The notes beneath the pieces are model-generated. The model did not search any database. It saw nothing but the letters and a program-made list of their open reading frames with translations, and was not told where the DNA came from. 64,000 nt of DNA, taken from Botryllus schlosseri (Eukaryota). Each line of letters starts with the position of its first letter. Positions within the stretch are counted from its first letter, which is position 1. Where the stretch lies: contig JBPPKV010000031.1 in NCBI GenBank assembly GCA_051294905.1, forward strand, positions 62,001 to 126,000. The letters run 5' to 3'. Shown piece after piece: positions 9,501 to 24,564 of this stretch. The position numbers and the translations under genes are program-made.

Positions 9501-10756
9501 CGATTCGAGTGCCCGCGAGTTGAATATGCCACGACCACTTGTTCTGCAGAACGTCCACTCGAGAGATCGCTTTGCAAGTCGTCGCAGCGAGAGACCTCTC
9601 GTTACACGTTGGCATCATCCACGAATCCCGCTGTGCGAGAAGATTACGCCACGATCACGACGCGTCATAGCAGGCGAATGACGGCAGTGTCCTCGTTGGA
9701 CTTAACGAACTCGACTCGGCGTGCCTTGGAGCGTATCGTGTCCTTACCGCGAGAGCAAAAAATCCGTTTGACCCGCCGTTTGACCCTTACCAATTCCCGA
9801 TGCATTCTACCGCATAAGGCAGGCACATTTCACCGATCGTTGCCCAGCACGTGCCTCGATGGGTAGTTCGGAGATCATCAATTGCTATCAGACACCGGGA
9901 ACGTCAATGGAATCCGGACGAAACATAAATACACTCACACACATTCGTTATGAGTCGGAGTAAAACATGACATTCATTGTAACTCGTTCTTGTAGCCCGA
10001 CGACTGACTTATTCGCGCTTTTTGGATTGTTACTCCGCCCGCGTGATTATCTTTCAACACAAAACTTGTTGACCGCCCCATCCCATCCGCAACACGTTCC
10101 ACTCGCCATTTACCGTTCCGCCCGTCACATTGCATTAAACATTGGGATAAGGGGGCGCTGTTCCACCGCGCACGTGGTGTTCGTTGATTGCGAAACGGAC
10201 ACTTCAACTGCGTAGGGCCTACACGAAGGGGCGCTGTTCCAACACCCCCGTAATTTCCGTTGGTTACGAAACACACTCGTAAACAGCGTAGCTAGATGGG
10301 CAAAACAAGTCCCATTTGCCGAGTCAATATTTGTTTCCTTTTCGTCGGTAGCATATCTTGGATTAGCCGGGAGGGGGGCGTTATTTCACCGCCCACTTAC
10401 TTCTCCGTGTTTACTGCTCGGGTGCGGGCAGTACATGCACTCAACGTGTGTTGCAAGGCAGCAGATTGTGCACAGATTGCGGATGCTGGATTTTTTCTCT
10501 TTCGTTACGTTCCGAGTGCTGGGGACGTTGTTCTCTCACTTCTTTGATATCATCATGAGGGAGAGCTTGCGGAGGAGAGTGCTGCGCTATGGCAGAAGCA
10601 AAAAGACGACGAAGAAGAATTTTTTTCATCTCTCTCTCTCGTTCTCTCTCAGTCCCACGCGCCATACCGGCTACGCCGTGCCAAAACCTATAAAGCGCGG
10701 CGGTACAGAAGGCATTTATTCAGCTTCTAAATCAAGCAACGAAGAAAACGAACAAA

Positions 10757-11535
10757 ATGCGTCTGTTGATCATCCTCGCTATCGCCAGTGCCGCTTCGGC
10801 CGCATACTACAGCCTGAATTGCCCAGGACGTGAGTATACTGACGGACGAGACGACAAGTCGCCGCGCACTGTAAAAGCTAGACTCTAATGTTGGCCGGTT
10901 CTATTCCAGTTAGCCGCAGCCGCTATGGTTGCCAATACGCCTGCGCCATCGCACGACCAACTAGCTACAGCCCATACTGCGGATACAGACGCCCTGTCGT
11001 CTCTTGTGCCAATTCCAACAGCAACGTCTGCGAATACATTCCCGGAAAGTACAGATGCATCAACGTGAGACGTCCATGCGTTCGTGCACCATGCACTCCT
11101 AAACGTCACTCCTACAGGACCGGAGGCTCCCGTAAGTAACTTTCGATCGATTCGCCCCATTTCCATACTGTTTCCCCTGGCCCGGGTTACTTTTGTTTCG
11201 GTTTACAATCTGTCCCGCAGTTGGTCGGTATTTTACACCAGGCCTCGTATGATTCCCGTGCCGTCGACAGTCATCGCAGGCTATCTGAGCTTGTGCGACA
11301 CACAGCATGCGCGGTTCGCACGACGACTAGGAGCCTAAATAAGCCTCCTTCATCACTCGCGTAGCATATACTGGAGTCGTTCTCGATCTCGCGACCCATT
11401 CGTCGGTCATGCCGCGGTGAAGCGTCTGCCGCTGTGCTACTCGCCACCTACTCCTAAACCGGTCGATTTTCTTCAGGTTGTACCAGGGCCGCTCTCTGCA
11501 ACTACAACCGTCACAGCTTCAGCACCCGTTGTTAG
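10757..11535 (+). CDS. Secreted 12-Cys protein, copy 2. Exons 10757-10829, 10910-11131, 11477-11535.
   Basis: Same structure as copy 1, with Pro69 and a synonymous TGC>TGT (Cys100) at 11481. Confidence 0.88.
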
Positions 11536-12280
11536 ACGACCCTGTAGAACGACGACTTCGGAATCGACTATCGCGAATTGAGATCTTAATAAACAAACTC
11601 AGCCACGTGAAAACGTAGTTTTGTCGGTCGATGTGGAAGGGGCGTTGTTTCAGCAGTGTTGGAATCAGCTAACAGCGACTCTTAGCCAGTGCAGATTAGA
11701 CACAAGCGTGTCGAGATGCTAGAATCCGCAGCTTCGTTCAACACCGCGCGATTTCCGGACAGGTCCGCAAAGGAGATCGTCACGCGTAAACACGTTCAAC
11801 TCGTCTCTGCGAAACGCGGAAAATGTACTCGGAGATTCGCACGACTTTACAGATGATCTTAATCACAAGCACTGTTCGTCAGTCGAAAATAAAATACAAT
11901 TGCTCGAACACTTTTTAAATCGAGTACATTCCAATAAATTCCGAGCAGATTTCATTACTCGATTTACGCCACGCAATGCGTATAAAGTCACTGACTGATT
12001 CGCGTACGAAGGGAGAAAGCGCACGTCATGTAGCAGTGTTGAGATGACTCGAGCCACGTCTTGATTCGAAGCGAAATCTCCGAGTCAAATGTCAAGTCAT
12101 TTACTAATCGATGTTGACTATCTCTGTCTCGCTCTACCCGCACAATGTAGCCACAGGCACAAAAGGTGCATGCTCTCGACCCGCTGCCGTGACACGTGAG
12201 GGCAACCGTCATAGTCACTCGGCGATCGTGAAGTCCATTTCGTCCGATCCGCACATTTTCCGTCCCAAATCAATTGTCAG

Positions 12281-12721
12281 TAGGGTTGCATTTAAAACAT
12301 AAATCAATTTAAAACAAACATGTTTAAAACAAAGCCTTTGTTTAAAACATGTTTTTTATAGTTTTTTTGAGCCGTGATGTCACGAATATTCATTGTGACG
12401 TCATAGTGGATTGACATGAACAATTGAAAATATAGGGTAAATATAGCTCATTTGACGAAATATCTGTACTATCGCTGTTGAACCGACTATTTTGAGGGTT
12501 CCAGCCATCCCATATCGATATACGTTGGCTATATCGGGTGTTGATTGTCCGGAGGCTCATACAACATGTTTTTTGGAAAGTATTTACGCAATTATGGCAT
12601 AATTTTACAACAACAAAAAAACAAAATTTTGTTTTTTTTCAAATGCCTTTGTTTAAAACACTGTTTAAAACATGTTTTAAACAGAGTGTTTTAAACACCG
12701 TTTGTTTTAAATGCAACCCTA
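12281..12721. mobile_element. hAT-type MITE, copy 3.
   Basis: Perfect 19 bp TIRs; ATTGTCAG on both sides. Confidence 0.9.
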
Positions 12722-15700
12722 ATTGTCAGCCATCGAAGGGATTGGAGCTTTCGGTGTTGTAGACCAGTAGCAATCTATCTACCTACCTAAAGCCATTGAA
12801 TTTACGTTCCATGAACAGCTCAGTGCTCACCGCAACGAGCATCTTGTGCATCGAACATGTATGGTTATGGACGTTTAGATTTCTCGCCAGCAATTTTAGC
12901 GGCCTTAAATTGTTTCTCATGGGTGCGTAAGTCGGCTACCAATCGCATCATATCATATCATTTTTTTTCACCTGTATGAGGTTTCGTATTTTATCGTCCA
13001 TTTGGTCAATTATTGTCATCGAATGCAGTAGGAGGACGCTTGCAGACAGATAACAACGTAGGTTATACTCGATTTACCAAAAAAAATTAGCAACCCAATT
13101 TGCAATTTCAATCATTTTCAGAATGCAATGACTTGAGCAATCGGTGTAATCGGTGATTTTATTATTTTCATTTCTTGTACTTGAAGAATCCTACTAGATT
13201 TAAAATTGACTTGACGTGACTCGGGTGAAACTAAAAATGTGCTCCTACTTTATATGTCTTGTGACTCGAAGGCAGCGTCTTGTTCCCAGCGTTTGTCGGC
13301 ACGCGGCCATTATTGCGCAGCGATAGAATCGTGCTAACTTGTTGAGCCTTGTCTTCGGTCGCTGTCGATTGCCATGCCTTGTTTTCCAAGCGAGCGTGCG
13401 TTATCGCCCGTTCCGGCATGTTGTTCCATTAATCGTCCGGTGAGGAGCTCACGAATACCGGATGAAATCTGCATTCGTTGGTTACGGAACGCGTTGGTGA
13501 CGTAGCCTACCTCTGTTGCATCGCCTGTCGAGGATTGGGTGAGGCCGACTTTTGATGAGGAGGTCACAATTGATTTACCATTCCGCCATGTCGACGTGGA
13601 AAATTCGATCCTACCTGGTTCACTGTCACCAGTATTCACCAACCGTAAATACTATATTTCATCATGAGACCAACAGATAGGCGCTAGCGCGTCGCGCTCT
13701 GCAGTGGGGCAGTCTTCGGAATGATGTCACGATAAGCTTTGAAGCACGGAAGTCTGTTTACAGGTTAGCACTATTATCTCACCACGCAATAAAGATACGC
13801 TTACCAACACATGTTATTGCGTCGGCGTGTAGCGCACAGAGCTGGTGAAAGTAGTCAATAAAACTACTGAAGTAGAAGCAAAAGTTTCGACGCAATAATC
13901 TGCCCGTGGACGAGTAGAGAGTGCTTTTAAAAGCAACCTCATAATACTTCAAGTAGACGTGGATTAGGCTGGCTTTAAATCTACTCAAGTAGGTAAGTAA
14001 GTAGTGAAAACATTCATAATACCTTCCATGGACTGTAAAACGCTGCGAATTGAGCTAGGCGAAAGGGGCCGAGAGCATGATTCATATTGATGCATCCCAG
14101 GAGATGTACCTTTTTCGACAACATAAGCATTGGGCCGCATCATGGGACCCAAATGATAGTTTTGCTATGGAAAAGCGATTCTAATCTTTTGTTTACTCGC
14201 ACACCCCGTTTCAGAAAATGGCATGGCACCGTTCCTCTTATTATAAGGTCCGTAGATTAGTCGAAGAGCTATACGGAGAATTTGCATTCAACACGGTTAT
14301 AACAATGTGAGCAACTAGTGTACGTTATAAAAATATGGCGGATCGTGAAACTGCCTTATTCTGTAAATTTATTTCTGGAGAATGGAGGTACTTGGTTTTA
14401 AACTTCAACATGTATTTTCTCAGAACAAAAAGAATGAAATTAATCAGAAGAGCTCAAAGTTATGATGCTGCGAATTACAAGAGAAATAAAAATACTGCTT
14501 CTAAATAGCGGAAAATGTATTTCGTGTCTTTCGTCCAGAAACCGTCAACGGTGGTATGCTAGAACAGGTCTAAGGCTCAAAGAAGTCGGTGACCACTTTC
14601 CAGAATAGAACACGCCATGTGCTGCCAGATTACGATAACACAGGTAGACGCCAGATTGCGCAACGGTAGTTCCAAACGTTTTGGTGAGCCATATGTATTG
14701 TGATGAAACATGTGATATGTGATATGAACGGAACCACGCAACCCGCTACCTAGATTATGTTCACCAATACTTCCGTGAAGACATAGTTGTCACTCCACAG
14801 CTAATTTTCGCGAAGCGCGATGAAAACTCTGGGCTTTCCCTAACTTTTGTGAAAATGGAATTGTTGTTGGTACGCCGTGAAAACAGATCCGAAATTCCTC
14901 AGTCTCTCACTCCCTCTGATTGGCGATATTAGCCTACTTGTACTTGACAAACCGAAAATAGAGAAAAGAAAGTAAGCAAATCGCAAAATTATACGAAGTA
15001 AAAGTAGCGGGAACTTGAATTTACTAGAGTAAGTTTTCAACTACACGAGTCCTCCGAAAAAGCAGAAGTATGTCTTTACTAGCCACTTTTGGTGTAGCGC
15101 GTATGTTGATTTGAGTGTATTTAGCGCATGTGATGCTATACCCAAGCGAGATACATCCACCACGCGTCGTAAGAGAGGGACTGACCTTTCAGGAGGTCTC
15201 GCCACCAACACCACAAGAAGACGGGCCGTAGCTGTTGTTTTTGGAATCCATGGTGTCGATTACTAAGGTCCTTTTACACAAGGCCGATAATATTCCTTAT
15301 TAATCTTTGTCTGCCGACTAGTAGCACGGCCGTCTTTCATTCTAGGCGTTCGTACGACACCGCTAACGAGGCGGATCACAAGACCACGACGGGTCTAGAT
15401 ACATCCGGAGAGAGACGGACTGTAGCAAGCTAGTACACCGGTTTGCTTTTACGCGGGCGAGTTGAGCCACTTCGGTGAACGCGCGTACGACTATCAGCGG
15501 GGTCGGGGCCGCAACAACGGGAAAGTGTGTTGGACACGCGGACGTTGATTGATTCCGACTGCGCGTGGCGAAATCGTCAAGACGTGTTGCGTAACTGCCG
15601 TGTCGAATGCCAGCCGCTTTCGTCACAACCGGATCTTCCTTCGATTCGAGTGCCCGCGAGTTGAATATGCCACGACCACTTGTTCTGCAGAACGTCCACT

Positions 15701-16898
15701 CGAGAGATCGCTTTGCAAGTCGTCGCAGCGAGAGACCTCTCGTTACACGTTGGCATCATCCACGAATCCCGCTGTGCGAGAAGATTACGCCACGATCACG
15801 ACGCGTCATAGCAGGCGAATGACGGCAGTGTCCTCGTTGGACTTAACGAACTCGACTCGGCGTGCCTTGGAGCGTATCGTGTCCTTACCGCGAGAGCAAA
15901 AAATCCGTTTGACCCGCCGTTTGACCCTTACCAATTCCCGATGCATTCTACCGCATAAGGCAGGCACATTTCACCGATCGTTGCCCAGCACGTGCCTCGA
16001 TGGGTAGTTCGGAGATCATCAATTGCTATCAGACACCGGGAACGTCAATGGAATCCGGACGAAACATAAATACACTCACACACATTCGTTATGAGTCGGA
16101 GTAAAACATGACATTCATTGTAACTCGTTCTTGTAGCCCGACGACTGACTTATTCGCGCTTTTTGGATTGTTACTCCGCCCGCGTGATTATCTTTCAACA
16201 CAAAACTTGTTGACCGCCCCATCCCATCCGCAACACGTTCCACTCGCCATTTACCGTTCCGCCCGTCACATTGCATTAAACATTGGGATAAGGGGGCGCT
16301 GTTCCACCGCGCACGTGGTGTTCGTTGATTGCGAAACGGACACTTCAACTGCGTAGGGCCTACACGAAGGGGCGCTGTTCCAACACCCCCGTAATTTCCG
16401 TTGGTTACGAAACACACTCGTAAACAGCGTAGCTAGATGGGCAAAACAAGTCCCATTTGCCGAGTCAATATTTGTTTCCTTTTCGTCGGTAGCATATCTT
16501 GGATTAGCCGGGAGGGGGGGCGTTATTTCACCGCCCACTTACTTCTCCGTGTTTACTGCTCGGGTGCGGGCAGTACATGCACTCAACGTGTGTTGCAAGG
16601 CAGCAGATTGTGCACAGATTGCGGATGCTGGATTTTTTCTCTTTCGTTACGTTCCGAGTGCTGGGGACGTTGTTCTCTCACTTCTTTGATATCTTCATGA
16701 GGGAGAGCTTGCGGAGGAGAGTGCTGCGCTATGGCAGAAGCAAAAAGACGACGAAGAAGAATTTTTTTCATCTCTCTCTCTCGTTCTCTCTCAGTCCCAC
16801 GCGCCATACCGGCTACGCCGTGCCAAAACCTATAAAGCGCGGCGGTACAGAAGGCATTTATTCAGCTTCTAAATCAAGCAACGAAGAAAACGAACAAA

Positions 16899-17677
16899 AT
16901 GCGTCTGTTGATCATCCTCGCTATCGCCAGTGCCGCTTCGGCCGCATACTACAGCCTGAATTGCCCAGGACGTGAGTATACTGACGGACGAGACGACAAG
17001 TCGCCGCGCACTGTAAAAGCTAGACTCTAATGTTGGCCGGTTCTATTCCAGTTAGCCGCAGCCGCTATGGTTGCCAATACGCCTGCGCCATCGCACGACC
17101 AACTAGCTACAGCCCATACTGCGGATACAGACGCCCTGTCGTCTCTTGTGCCAATTCCAACAGCAACGTCTGCGAATACATTCCCGGAAAGTACAGATGC
17201 ATCAACGTGAGACGTCCATGCGTTCGTGCACCATGCACTCCTAAACGTCACTCCTACAGGACCGGAGGCTCCCGTAAGTAACTTTCGATCGATTCGCCCC
17301 ATTTCCATACTGTTTCCCCTGGCCCGGGTTACTTTTGTTTCGGTTTACAATCTGTCCCGCAGTTGGTCGGTATTTTACACCAGGCCTCGTATGATTCCCG
17401 TGCCGTCGACAGTCATCGCAGGCTATCTGAGCTTGTGCGACACACAGCATGCGCGGTTCGCACGACGACTAGGAGCCTAAATAAGCCTCCTTCATCACTC
17501 GCGTAGCATATACTGGAGTCGTTCTCGATCTCGCGACCCATTCGTCGGTCATGCCGCGGTGAAGCGTCTGCCGCTGTGCTACTCGCCACCTACTCCTAAA
17601 CCGGTCGATTTTCTTCAGGTTGCACCAGGGCCGCTCTCTGCAACTACAACCGTCACAGCTTCAGCACCCGTTGTTAG
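16899..17677 (+). CDS. Secreted 12-Cys protein, copy 3. Exons 16899-16971, 17052-17273, 17619-17677.
   Basis: ATG, splice sites and TAG all intact; consensus protein. Confidence 0.88.
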
Positions 17678-18422
17678 ACGACCCTGTAGAACGACGACTT
17701 CGGAATCGACTATCGCGAATTGAGATCTTAATAAACAAACTCAGCCACGTGAAAACGTAGTTTTGTCGGTCGATGTGGAAGGGGCGTTGTTTCAGCAGTG
17801 TTGGAATCAGCTAACAGCGACTCTTAGCCAGTGCAGATTAGACACAAGCGTGTCGAGATGCTAGAATCCGCAGCTTCGTTCAACACCGCGCGATTTCCGG
17901 ACAGGTCCGCAAAGGAGATCGTCACGCGTAAACACGTTCAACTCGTCTCTGCGAAACGCGGAAAATGTACTCGGAGATTCGCACGACTTTACAGATGATC
18001 TTAATCACAAGCACTGTTCGTCAGTCGAAAATAAAATACAATTGCTCGAACACTTTTTAAATCGAGTACATTCCAATAAATTCCGAGCAGATTTCATTAC
18101 TCGATTTACGCCACGCAATGCGTATAAAGTCACTGACTGATTCGCGTACGAAGGGAGAAAGCGCACGTCATGTAGCAGTGTTGAGATGACTCGAGCCACG
18201 TCTTGATTCGAAGCGAAATCTCCGAGTCAAATGTCAAGTCATTTACTAATCGATGTTGACTATCTCTGTCTCGCTCTACCCGCACAATGTAGCCACAGGC
18301 ACAAAAGGTGCATGCTCTCGACCCGCTGCCGTGACACGTGAGGGCAACCGTCATAGTCACTCGGCGATCGTGAAGTCCATTTCGTCCGATCCGCACATTT
18401 TCCGTCCCAAATCAATTGTCAG

Positions 18423-18863
18423 TAGGGTTGCATTTAAAACATAAATCAATTTATAACAAACATGTTTAAAACAAAGCCTTTGTTTAAAACATGTTTTTTA
18501 TAGTTTTTTTGAGCCGTGATGTCACGAATATTCATTGTGACGTCATAGTGGATTGACATGAACAATTGAAAATATAGGGTAAATATAGCTCATTTGACGA
18601 AATATCTGTACTATCGCTGTTGAACCGACTATTTTGAGGGTTCCAGCCATCCCATATCGATATACGTTGGCTATATCGGGTGTTGATTGTCCGGAGGCTC
18701 ATACAACATGTTTTTTGGAAAGTATTTACGCAATTATGGCATAATTTTACAACAACAAAAAAACAAAATTTTGTTTTTTTTCAAATGCCTTTGTTTAAAA
18801 CACTGTTTAAAACATGTTTTAAACAAAGTGTTTTAAACACCGTTTGTTTTAAATGCAACCCTA
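18423..18863. mobile_element. hAT-type MITE, copy 4.
   Basis: Perfect 19 bp TIRs; ATTGTCAG on both sides. Confidence 0.9.
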
Positions 18864-21800
18864 ATTGTCAGCCATCGAAGGGATTGGAGCTTTCGGTGTT
18901 GTAGACCAGTAGCAATCTATCTACCTACCTAAAGCCATTGAATTTACGTTCCATGAACAGCTCAGTGCTCACCGCAACGAGCATCTTGTGCATCGAACAT
19001 GTATGGTTATGGACGTTTAGATTTCTCGCCAGCAATTTTAGCGGCCTTAAATTGTTTCTCATGGGTGCGTAAGTCGGCTACCAATCGCATCATATCATAT
19101 CATTTTTTTTCACCTGTATGAGGTTTCGTATTTTATCGTCCATTTGGTCAATTATTGTCATCGAATGCAGTAGGAGGACGCTTGCAGACAGATAACAACG
19201 TAGGTTATACTCGATTTACCAAAAAAAATTAGCAACCCAATTTGCAATTTCAATCATTTTCAGAATGCAATGACTTGAGCAATCGGTGTAATCGGTGATT
19301 TTATTATTTTCATTTCTTGTACTTGAAGAATCCTACTAGATTTAAAATTGACTTGACGTGACTCGGGTGAAACTAAAAATGTGCTCCTACTTTATATGTC
19401 TTGTGACTCGAAGGCAGCGTCTTGTTCCCAGCGTTTGTCGGCACGCGGCCATTATTGCGCAGCGATAGAATCGTACTAACTTGTTGAGCCTTGTCTTCGG
19501 TCGCTGTCGATTGCCATGCCTTGTTTTCCAAGCGAGCGTGCGTTATCGCCCGTTCCGGCATGTTGTTCCATTAATCGTCCGGTGAGGAGCTCACGAATAC
19601 CGGATGAAATCTGCATTCGTTGGTTACGGAACGCGTTGGTGACGTAGCCTACCTCTGTTGCATCGCCTGTCGAGGATTGGGTGAGGCCGACTTTTGATGA
19701 GGAGGTCACAATTGATTTACCATTCCGCCATGTCGACGTGGAAAATTCGATCCTACCTGGTTCACTGTCACCAGTATTCACCAACCGTAAATACTATATT
19801 TCATCATGAGACCAACAGATAGGCGCTAGCGCGTCGCGCTCTGCAGTGGGGCAGTCTTCGGAATGATGTCACGATAAGCTTTGAAGCACGGAAGTCTGTT
19901 TACAGGTTAGCACTATTATCTCACCACGCAATAAAGATACGCTTACCAACACATGTTATTGCGTCGGCGTGTAGCGCACAGAGCTGGTGAAAGTAGTCAA
20001 TAAAACTACTGAAGTAGAAGCAAAAGTTTCGACGCAATAATCTGCCCGTGGACGAGTAGAGAGTGCTTTTAAAAGCAACCTCATAATACTTCAAGTAGAC
20101 GTGGATTAGGCTGGCTTTAAATCTACTCAAGTAGGTAAGTAAGTAGTGAAAACATTCATAATACCTTCCATGGACTGTAAAACGCTGCGAATTGAGCTAG
20201 GCGAAAGGGGCCGAGAGCATGATTCATATTGATGCATCCCAGGAGATGTACCTTTTTCGACAACATAAGCATTGGGCCGCATCATGGGACCCAAATGATA
20301 GTTTTTCTATGGAAAAGCGATTCTAATCTTTTGTTTACTCGCACACCCCGTTTCAGAAAATGGCATGGCACCGTTCCTCTTATTATAAGGTCCGTAGATT
20401 AGTCGAAGAGCTATACGGAGAATTTGCATTCAACACGGTTATAACAATGTGAGCAACTAGTGTACGTTATAAAAATATGGCGGATCGTGAAACTGCCTTA
20501 TTCTGTAAATTTATTTCTGGAGAATGGAGGTACTTGGTTTTAAACTTCAACATGTATTTTCTCAGAACAAAAAGAATGAAATTAATCAGAAGAGCTCAAA
20601 GTTATGATGCTGCGAATTACAAGAGAAATAAAAATACTGCTTCTAAATAGCGGAAAATGTATTTCGTGTCTTTCGTCCAGAAACCGTCAACGGTGGTATG
20701 CTAGAACAGGTCTAAGGCTCAAAGAAGTCGGTGACCACTTTCCAGAATAGAACACGCCATGTGCTGCCAGATTACGATAACACAGGTAGACGCCAGATTG
20801 CGCAACGGTAGTTCCAAACGTTTTGGTGAGCCATATGTATTGTGATGAAACATGTGATATGTGATATGAACGGAACCACGCAACCCGCTACCTAGATTAT
20901 GTTCACCAATACTTCCGTGAAGACATAGTTGTCACTCCACAGCTAATTTTCGCGAAGCGCGATGAAAACTCTGGGCTTTCCCTAACTTTTGTGAAAATGG
21001 AATTGTTGTTGGTACGCCGTGAAAACAGATCCGAAATTCCTCAGTCTCTCACTCCCTCTGATTGGCGATATTAGCCTACTTGTACTTGACAAACCGAAAA
21101 TAGAGAAAAGAAAGTAAGCAAATCGCAAAATTATACGAAGTAAAAGTAGCGGGAACTTGAATTTACTAGAGTAAGTTTTCAACTACACGAGTCCTCCGAA
21201 AAAGCAGAAGTATATCTTTACTAGCCACTTTTGGTGTAGCGCGTATGTTGATTTGAGTGTATTTAGCGCATGTGATGCTATACCCAAGCGAGATACATCC
21301 ACTACGCGTCGTAAGAGAGGGACTGACATTTCAGGAGGTCTCGCCACCAACACCACAAGAAGACGGGCCGTAGCTGTTGTTTTTGGAATCCATGGTGTCG
21401 ATTACTAAGGTCCTTTTACACAAGGCCGATAATATTCCTTATTAATCTTTGTCTGCCGACTAGTAGCACGGCCGTCTTTCATTCTAGACGTTCGTACGAC
21501 ACCGCTAACGAGGCGGATCACAAGACCACGACGGGTCTAGATACATCCGGAGAGAGACGGACTGTAGCAAGCTAGTACACCGGTTTGCTTTTACGCGGGC
21601 GAGTTGAGCCACTTCGGTGAACGCGCGTACGACTATCAGCGGGGTCGGGGCCGCAACAACGGGAAAGTGTGTTGGACACGCGGACGTTGATTGATTCCGA
21701 CTGCGCGTGGCGAAATCGTCAAGACGTGTTGCGTAACTGCCGTGTCGAATGCCAGCCGCTTTCGTCACAACCGGATCTTCCTTCGATTCGAGTGCCCGCG

Positions 21801-23040
21801 AGTTGAATATGCCACGACCACTTGTTCTGCAGAACGTCCACTCGAGAGATCGCTTTGCAAGTCGTCGCAGCGAGAGACCTCTCGTTACACGTTGGCATCA
21901 TCCACGAATCCCGCTGTGCGAGAAGATTACGCCACGATCACGACGCGTCATAGCAGGCGAATGACGGCAGTGTCCTCGTTGGACTTAACGAACTCGACTC
22001 GGCGTGCCTTGGAGCGTATCGTGTCCTTACCGCGAGAGCAAAAAATCCGTTTGACCCGCCGTTTGACCCTTACCAATTCCCGATGCATTCTACCGCATAA
22101 GGCAGGCACATTTCACCGATCGTTGCCCAGCACGTGCCTCGATGGGTAGTTCGGAGATCATCAATTGCTATCAGACACCGGGAACGTCAATGGAATCCGG
22201 ACGAAACATAAATACACTCACACACATTCGTTATGAGTCGGAGTAAAACATGACATTCATTGTAACTCGTTCTTGTAGCCCGACGACTGACTTATTCGCG
22301 CTTTTTGGATTGTTACTCCGCCCGCGTGATTATCTTTCAACACAAAACTTGTTGACCGCCCCATCCCATCCGCAACACGTTCCACTCGCCATTTACCGTT
22401 CCGCCCGTCACATTGCATTAAACATTGGGATAAGGGGGCGCTGTTCCACCGCGCACGTGGTGTTCGTTGATTGCGAAACGGACACTTCAACTGCGTAGGG
22501 CCTACACGAAGGGGCGCTGTTCCAACACCCCCGTAATTTCCGTTGGTTACGAAACACACTCGTAAACAGCGTAGCTAGATGGGCAAAACAAGTCCCATTT
22601 GCCGAGTCAATATTTGTTTCCTTTTCGTCGGTAGCATATCTTGGATTAGCCGGGAGGGGGGGCGTTATTTCACCGCCCACTTACTTCTCCGTGTTTACTG
22701 CTCGGGTGCGGGCAGTACATGCACTCAACGTGTGTTGCAAGGCAGCAGATTGTGCACAGATTGCGGATGCTGGATTTTTTCTCTTTCGTTACGTTCCGAG
22801 TGCTGGGGACGTTGTTCTCTCACTTCTTTGATATCATCATGAGGGAGAGCTTGCGGAGGAGAGTGCTGCGCTATGGCAGAAGCAAAAAGACGACGAAGAA
22901 GAATTTTTTTCATCTCTCTCTCTCGTTCTCTCTCAGTCCCACGCGCCATACCGGCTACGCCGTGCCAAAACCTATAAAGCGCGGCGGTACAGAAGGCATT
23001 TATTCAGCTTCTAAATCAAGCAACGAAGAAAACGAACAAA

Positions 23041-23819
23041 ATGCGTCTGTTGATCATCCTCGCTATCGCCAGTGCCGCTTCGGCCGCATACTACAGCCTG
23101 AATTGCCCAGGACGTGAGTATACTGACGGACGAGACGACAAGTCGCCGCGCACTGTAAAAGCTAGACTCTAATGTTGGCCGGTTCTATTCCAGTTAGCCG
23201 CAGCCGCTATGGTTGCCAATACGCCTGCGCCATCGCACGACCAACTAGCTACAGCCCATACTGCGGATACAGACGCCCTGTCGTCTCTTGTGCCAATTCC
23301 AACAGCAACGTCTGCGAATACATTCCCGGAAAGTACAGATGCATCAACGTGAGACGTCCATGCGTTCGTGCACCATGCACTCCTAAACGTCACTCCTACA
23401 GGACCGGAGGCTCCCGTAAGTAACTTTCGATCGATTCGCCCCATTTCCATACTGTTTCCCCTGGCCCGGGTTACTTTTGTTTCGGTTTACAATCTGTCCC
23501 GCAGTTGGTCGGTATTTTACACCAGGCCTCGTATGATTCCCGTGCCGTCGACAGTCATCGCAGGCTATCTGAGCTTGTGCGACACACAGCATGCGCGGTT
23601 CGCACGACGACTAGGAGCCTAAATAAGCCTCCTTCATCACTCGCGTAGCATATACTGGAGTCGTTCTCGATCTCGCGACCCATTCGTCGGTCATGCCGCG
23701 GTGAAGCGTCTGCCGCTGTGCTACTCGCCACCTACTCCTAAACCGGTCGATTTTCTTCAGGTTGCACCAGGGCCGCTCTCTGCAACTACAACCGTCACAG
23801 CTTCAGCACCCGTTGTTAG
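23041..23819 (+). CDS. Secreted 12-Cys protein, copy 4. Exons 23041-23113, 23194-23415, 23761-23819.
   Basis: ATG, splice sites and TAG all intact; consensus protein. Confidence 0.88.
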
Positions 23820-24564
23820 ACGACCCTGTAGAACGACGACTTCGGAATCGACTATCGCGAATTGAGATCTTAATAAACAAACTCAGCCACGTGAAAACGT
23901 AGTTTTGTCGGTCGATGTGGAAGGGGCGTTGTTTCAGCAGTGTTGGAATCAGCTAACAGCGACTCTTAGCCAGTGCAGATTAGACACAAGCGTGTCGAGA
24001 TGCTAGAATCCGCAGCTTCGTTCAACACCGCGCGATTTCCGGACAGGTCCGCAAAGGAGATCGTCACGCGTAAACACGTTCAACTCGTCTCTGCGAAACG
24101 CGGAAAATGTACTCGGAGATTCGCACGACTTTACAGATGATCTTAATCACAAGCACTGTTCGTCAGTCGAAAATAAAATACAATTGCTCGAACACTTTTT
24201 AAATCGAGTACATTCCAATAAATTCCGAGCAGATTTCATTACTCGATTTACGCCACGCAATGCGTATAAAGTCACTGACTGATTCGCGTACGAAGGGAGA
24301 AAGCGCACGTCATGTAGCAGTGTTGAGATGACTCGAGCCACGTCTTGATTCGAAGCGAAATCTCCGAGTCAAATGTCAAGTCATTTACTAATCGATGTTG
24401 ACTATCTCTGTCTCGCTCTACCCGCACAATGTAGCCACAGGCACAAAAGGTGCATGCTCTCGACCCGCTGCCGTGACACGTGAGGGCAACCGTCATAGTC
24501 ACTCGGCGATCGTGAAGTCCATTTCGTCCGATCCGCACATTTTCCGTCCCAAATCAATTGTCAG

